Assembly (NCBI GenBank): GCA_035563395.1
Contig: DATMVH010000250.1
Coordinates: 1 to 41,036, forward strand
Origin: Solirubrobacteraceae bacterium
GTDB lineage: Bacteria; Actinomycetota; Thermoleophilia; Solirubrobacterales; Solirubrobacteraceae
Reading direction: 5' to 3'
Length of the DNA: 41,036 nt
This document shows positions 36,594-41,036 of the stretch, piece by piece. The number at the start of each line of letters is the position of its first letter. Positions within the stretch are counted from its first letter, which is position 1. The notes beneath the pieces were generated by a model. It was not told where the DNA came from and ran no database searches. It saw nothing but the letters and a program-made list of their open reading frames with translations. A program made the translations under genes and the position numbers.

Positions 36594-37442
36594 GTGGTGG
36601 CCGGGGCGCGCCCGTTCGACGAGGCGGAGGTCGAGGGCGGCGGCTCCACGAGCATCTACGCGCGGGCGTGCGGGCCGGCCTCGGGGCCGGGCGTGGTCCT
36701 GCTCCACGGCGTCGCGCAGACGTCGGACTGCTGGCTGGAGGTCATGCAGGGAGCGCTCGGCGGGGAGATGCGCCTCGTGGCCCCCGACCTGCGCGGCCAC
36801 GGGCGGTCGGCGAAGCCGGCCGGCGCGTACGACGATCCCGCGCTGTGGGCGCGCGACCTCGCCGCAGTCATCGACGCCTTCGCCCTCGAGCGCCCGGTCG
36901 TCGTCGCCTGGTCGTACGCCGGGCTCGTGTTGTGCGATTACGTGCGCGTGCACGGGGACGAGCGGCTCGGCGGGTGCGCGTTCCTCGCGGCGGTCAGCCG
37001 CATGAACGACCGCACCGCCGAGCCGACCGTCGGCAAGGCGATGCTGCGCGCCGGGCGGGCGCTGCTCTCCCCGGACCCGGCGGAGCGCGCCGCCGGCACG
37101 CTGCAGTTCGCGCGCGACCTGCGTGCCACCCCGCCGGCCCCCGCGCACGTGGCCTCGGCGGTCGCGCAGGCCGAGACGGTCCCGCTCGGGGTCCGCCGGA
37201 GCCTCCTGACCCGCCGCGCCGCGAACGACGACGTGTTGCCGTCCATCCGGCGGCCGACGCTCGTGGCCCACGGGACCGCCGACCCGCTGGTCCTGCTCTC
37301 GATGAGCGAGCACAACGCCGCGCTCATCCCGACCGCGCGGCTGTCGGTCTACGAGGGGGCGGGACACTCCGTCTTCGCCGAGCGACCGGACGACTTCCAG
37401 CGCGACCTGCGCGCACTCGTCGCCGAGGCGCAGCAGGGCTGA
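36594..37442 (+). CDS. alpha/beta-fold hydrolase
   Basis: Motifs VVLLHGVAQT, APDLRGHGRS, nucleophile elbow AWSYAG and C-terminal GAGHSVF. GTG 36594 is preferred over ATG 36540, which lies only 17 nt from the divergent gene start. The start is uncertain. Confidence 0.75.
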   Translation: MVAGARPFDEAEVEGGGSTSIYARACGPASGPGVVLLHGVAQTSDCWLEVMQGALGGEMRLVAPDLRGHGRSAKPAGAYDDPALWARDLAAVIDAFALERPVVVAWSYAGLVLCDYVRVHGDERLGGCAFLAAVSRMNDRTAEPTVGKAMLRAGRALLSPDPAERAAGTLQFARDLRATPPAPAHVASAVAQAETVPLGVRRSLLTRRAANDDVLPSIRRPTLVAHGTADPLVLLSMSEHNAALIPTARLSVYEGAGHSVFAERPDDFQRDLRALVAEAQQG

Positions 37443-37443
37443 C

Positions 37444-38873
37444 CTACGCGCGCGCCCGCTCGCGCGCGATCCGGAGGGAGGAGAGGGAGGCGTCGAGCGC
37501 GGCGGCATCCCCGGCGACGAGACGTTCACGACCTCGGCCGGGTCGACGCCCATCAGCAGGCGCTTGATCGGCACTTCGAGCCTCTTGGCCGTGCGCGTCT
37601 GCGGGATGGCCCGGAACGCCCGGCACCTCGTCGGGCACGTGCCGCGGGGACGTGGAAGCGCGGATCGCGTCGCGGATGCGCGTCACGAGGTCGTCGTCCA
37701 GGCTGGTCCCGGGCTGGAGCGCGATGAACAGCGGCATCCAGTAGCCGCCGTCGGGCTGCTCGACGCCGACGACCAGGCTGTCCGCGATCCCCTCGACGAA
37801 GTCGACCGCCGCATAGATCTCCGCCGAGCCGATGCGGACGCCGTGACGGTTGAGCGTCGGGTCGGACCGCCCGAGGATCTCGCACTCCATCGCCGTGCAG
37901 CACGGCCCAGTCGCCGTGTCGCCCGGCGCCGGGGAACGTCGAGACGTACGCATCGCGGTGCGCTGACGAACGCCGAGCAGATGTCGGTGCCGCCGCTGGC
38001 CGACACGGTCCAGATGCCGACGGCGTCGTGCAGCCACTCGAAGGTCGCGGGCGGCAGCGGGGGCACGGTCGACGCGACGGTCCGCAGGCGCCCGAGCTCG
38101 CGCTCGCGTCCCGGCGCGAAGCCGGACTTCGCGCAGCCCGTCAGGTAGCTGGCGCTGTTGCCGAGGACCGTGACGCCGGCCGCCTCGGCGAGCGCGAACT
38201 GCGCGGCGAGCGACGGATGGCGCGGACTGCCGTCGTAGACGACGATCGTCGAGCCGACGAGCAGGCCCGCGAGGAGCCAGTTCCAGATCATCCAGCTCGT
38301 CGTCGTGTACCAGAACGAGCGATCCTCCGGAGGCTCAGGTCGATGCAGCGCGTGGTAGCGGACGCGGTCCAGCGGCTGGCCGCCATGGCCGTGCACGATC
38401 CCCTTCGGGGCGCCGGCGGTGCCCGAGGAGAACAGGACGCAGAGCGGGTGGTCGAACGGCACCTGCTCGAGCTCCAGCGGCGCCGGGCGGGCGCACAGGT
38501 CCGCCCAGCGCTCGGTCGCGAGCCGATCGAGCCCGTCGAGGCCGAGACGGGGCACGAGCACGATGCCTCGCAGGCCGTCGATCGCGCCCGCCGGCTCGGC
38601 CACGGCGGCGCGGCGGTCGCGCGGGCGGCGGGCGAAGGTGTAGCCGTCCGCCGCGATGATCAGCGCCGGGGGAAGAGCTGTGCGAACCGGTCGATCGCCC
38701 GCGCCGGCCTCGAGGTCGGGCGAGCACGAGGTCAAGGTTGCGCCCACGCGGGCGCAGGCCGGATGGGCGACCACCGCCTCGATGGAGTTCGGCAGGTACG
38801 CGGCCACCACGTCGCCGACGCCGATGCGCGGCGGTCCGCGCCATGCGGTCAGTCTGCCCGGCGGATCGAGCCT
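37444..38873 (-). pseudogene. acetoacetyl-CoA synthetase-like AMP-ligase, N-terminally truncated with multiple frameshifts and an internal deletion
   Basis: AACS-like segments need at least 4 frame changes. Segments: GVGDVVAAYLPNSIEAVVA ... FDHPLCVLFSSGTAGAPKGIVHGHGG ... FWYTTTSWMIWNWL ... SGGTDICSAFVSAP; then YVSTFPGAGRHGDWAVLHGDG; then ILGRSDPTLNRHGVRIGSAEIY ... SPRHVPDEV; then IPQTRTAKRLEVPIKRLLMG. An in-frame TGA at 38874-38876 cuts off about the first 110 aa. Confidence 0.7.
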
Positions 38874-38960
38874 TCAGCCGCTCCGCCGGGCGGTCCGCTG
38901 CACAACAGGATCGCGACCGCTCGCGGCATGCCGCCTGTCGCTGGGGGGCAGAACCCGGGC

Positions 38961-39863
38961 ATGCGCCTCGGCACCTATGACGACGGGAACCGACGGCGGG
39001 CCGCCGTCGCCGTCGGGGACGAGCTGGTGGACGCGGGCGCCGCCGCACGTCGCGCCGGCCTCACCGGAGCCGATGGATGGTCGTCGGTCCGCGCCATCAT
39101 CGCGCAACCCCGCGAGGACCTCGCGCGCCTGGAGGAGGCCGCGGCCGCGCTCGCGCGCGATGGCGATCGCGAGACCGTCCGGGCGCGGGAGGCGACGCGC
39201 CTGGGCCCACCCGTCCCGGATCCCCAGAAGATCATCTGCATCGGCCTCAACTACCGTGCCCATGCGGCGGAGGCCTCGCTCGAGGAGGCGAGCGTCCCGA
39301 CCGTGTTCGCGAAGTGGGCGAACGCCTTGGTCGGCGAGGGCGCGCCGATCGAGCTGCGCGAGCCCTATGTCGACGACCTCGACTACGAGGCCGAGGTCGC
39401 CGTCGTCATCGGGCGCCGCGTCCGCGACATCGCGGAGTCGGATGCGCTTGACGCCATCGCCGGCTGGATGCCGCTCAACGACGTGAGCGCGCGCGGACTG
39501 CAGATCCAGACGTCGCAGTGGACCGCGGGCAAGGCGATGGACGGCTCGGCGCCGTGCGGGCCGTTCCTGGTGCTCGACGACGCGCTGCGCGAAGGCGGGC
39601 TCGAGCTCGAGTCGCGCATCAACGGCGAGCAGATGCAGCACGCGCACACGGACGCGATGATCTTCCCGGTCGCCAAGCTGGTGGCGTTCGTGTCCTCGTG
39701 GGCGACGCTCGAGCCCGGCGACATCATCGCCACGGGAACGCCCGAGGGCGTCGGGATGCACCGCGACCCGCCGCGGTACCTGAGGGACGGCGACACGGTG
39801 GAGATCCGCGTCGGCTCGGAGGTCCTGCGAAACCCCGTCGTCCGCGTGCGGCCCCGGGGATGA
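38961..39863 (+). CDS. fumarylacetoacetate hydrolase (FAH) family protein
   Basis: 300 aa from ATG 38961. FAH-fold motifs KIICIGLNYRAH, DYEAEVAVVIG and GDIIATGTPEGVG. Confidence 0.9.
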   Translation: MRLGTYDDGNRRRAAVAVGDELVDAGAAARRAGLTGADGWSSVRAIIAQPREDLARLEEAAAALARDGDRETVRAREATRLGPPVPDPQKIICIGLNYRAHAAEASLEEASVPTVFAKWANALVGEGAPIELREPYVDDLDYEAEVAVVIGRRVRDIAESDALDAIAGWMPLNDVSARGLQIQTSQWTAGKAMDGSAPCGPFLVLDDALREGGLELESRINGEQMQHAHTDAMIFPVAKLVAFVSSWATLEPGDIIATGTPEGVGMHRDPPRYLRDGDTVEIRVGSEVLRNPVVRVRPRG

Positions 39864-39989
39864 GAGCGGTCCGGCAGCCGGCGAGGAGATCGCGCGGCTC
39901 GCTCTTCGCCCGCCCGACCGGGACGTCGTCATGCCGGCGGAGCCAACCGGGTAGAGCAGACGAACACGACAGGTAGGAGGAGTCAAAGG

Positions 39990-41021
39990 ATGCCGCCACG
40001 CCTTCTCGGGCCGCACCACTTCACGGGCGTCACCGCCGACGTCACGACGAACGTGGACTTCTGGTGCCGCGTGATGGGTCTTCGGTTCGTCAAGAACACG
40101 CTCAACTTCGAGACGACCTTCCGCTACCACACCTACTTCGGCGACGAAGAGGGGAACCCCGGCAGCGTCGTGACCTTCCTGGAGTTCAAGGAGCTCCCCA
40201 GGGGCCGGCCCGGTCGCGGCGACATCCAGCGGATCGTCCTCCGGGTCCCCTCGTACGACTCGCTCGAGTTCTGGATGGACCGCCTGATCGGCGAGCAGGT
40301 CTTGAGCGAGCTGCTGCGCCTCGACCCGACCCAGCCCCAGAGCCTCGTCTTCGAGGACCCGGAGGGCCACGGGGTCGAGCTGATGGTGTCCGACACGCCG
40401 GACAAGCCGCTCACGGCGGATGCCGACGACATCCCCGCGGAGCACCGGATCGGGGGCATCGAGGGCGCGCGGTCGTTCGCGACGGTCGAGGACCAGCTGG
40501 CGGTCACCGAGCACATCGGCTTCCGCCAGGACGGCACGCGCCTCGTGCTCGATGGGGAGAAGGGCAGCGCCCGCTGGTACTTCAGCCCGCCGCCCGACCG
40601 CCCGAGCAACGACACGCACGTCGGCGTCTGGCACCACTACGCGTTCGGCGCGGGCGACCACGACGAGCTGCAGGCCATGCGCGACTACGCCAACGACGGC
40701 CCGATCCCGTATACCGCCGTCTTCGACCACTACTTCTTCGACTCGTGCTACACGATGTCGCCGGCCGGGCGGATCGAGCTCTGCACGAGCGGACCGGGGT
40801 TCCAGCTCGACGAGTCGCTCGAGGAGCTGGGCAACCGGCTGTCGCTCTCGCCGCGGACCGAGCCGCTGCGCGCGAAGCTCGAGCGCGAGCTGACGCCGAT
40901 CGTCAACCCGCGGCCGCGCACGAAGCGGGACGAGGTCAAGGGCGTGCCCGCCGAGGCCGGCGGCGACGAGTCGGTCCCCGGTGCGGACGGCGGTGGCGTC
41001 GAGTCGGCGACGGTGCGCTGA
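39990..41021 (+). CDS. VOC-family ring-cleaving dioxygenase (paralog of 30948-31973)
   Basis: 343 aa. RBS AGGAGGAG. N-terminal GPHHFTGVTADVTTNVDFWCRVMGL and a second VOC repeat with GVWHHYAF. Same two-repeat layout as the 30948 gene. Confidence 0.85.
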   Translation: MPPRLLGPHHFTGVTADVTTNVDFWCRVMGLRFVKNTLNFETTFRYHTYFGDEEGNPGSVVTFLEFKELPRGRPGRGDIQRIVLRVPSYDSLEFWMDRLIGEQVLSELLRLDPTQPQSLVFEDPEGHGVELMVSDTPDKPLTADADDIPAEHRIGGIEGARSFATVEDQLAVTEHIGFRQDGTRLVLDGEKGSARWYFSPPPDRPSNDTHVGVWHHYAFGAGDHDELQAMRDYANDGPIPYTAVFDHYFFDSCYTMSPAGRIELCTSGPGFQLDESLEELGNRLSLSPRTEPLRAKLERELTPIVNPRPRTKRDEVKGVPAEAGGDESVPGADGGGVESATVR

Positions 41022-41036
41022 AGGAGGCGTTCACCG

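Overview
This is a very GC-rich, gene-dense chromosomal segment in the style of a high-GC Gram-positive (Actinomycetota-like) organism. All family calls come from motif recognition in the supplied translations, since no database search was possible. I support about 38 intact CDS and 2 multiply frameshifted pseudogenes. I found no tRNA, rRNA, CRISPR array or transposase.

Layout, in order:
- (1) 10-2254: beta-oxidation genes, an enoyl-CoA hydratase and an acyl-CoA dehydrogenase.
- (2) 2356-8197: a tightly coupled operon of DUF485, ActP-type symporter, acyl-CoA synthetase, SDR, PhaE-like protein and class III PhaC.
- (3) 8267-10801: an unexplained three-gene module, described below.
- (4) 10906-14194: a CMD-family protein, an FAD phenol-type monooxygenase and an intradiol (hydroxyquinol-type) dioxygenase.
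- (5) 14475-22397: a Liv-type ABC importer, a Zn-ADH, an SDR and a LarA-like racemase.
- (6) 22452-28363, minus strand: zinc ribbon, HyuA, HyuB, dodecin and an ACAD-fold flavin monooxygenase.
- (7) 28575-35122: an alpha/beta hydrolase, maleylacetate reductase, an MhqO/MhqD-like pair, and a two-component monooxygenase whose flavin reductase is fused to a GntR/FCD regulator.
- (8) 35162-38873: a decay zone holding a carboxyltransferase remnant and an acetoacetyl-CoA synthetase remnant, which flank an intact deacetylase and hydrolase.
- (9) 38961-41021: a FAH-family hydrolase and a second VOC ring-cleaving dioxygenase.

The best candidate for an undescribed system is the 8267-10801 module. It encodes an XRE helix-turn-helix protein, a small toxin-like protein with a reading-frame break, and a ~500-aa protein whose C-terminal half carries a PD-(D/E)xK-like nuclease core.
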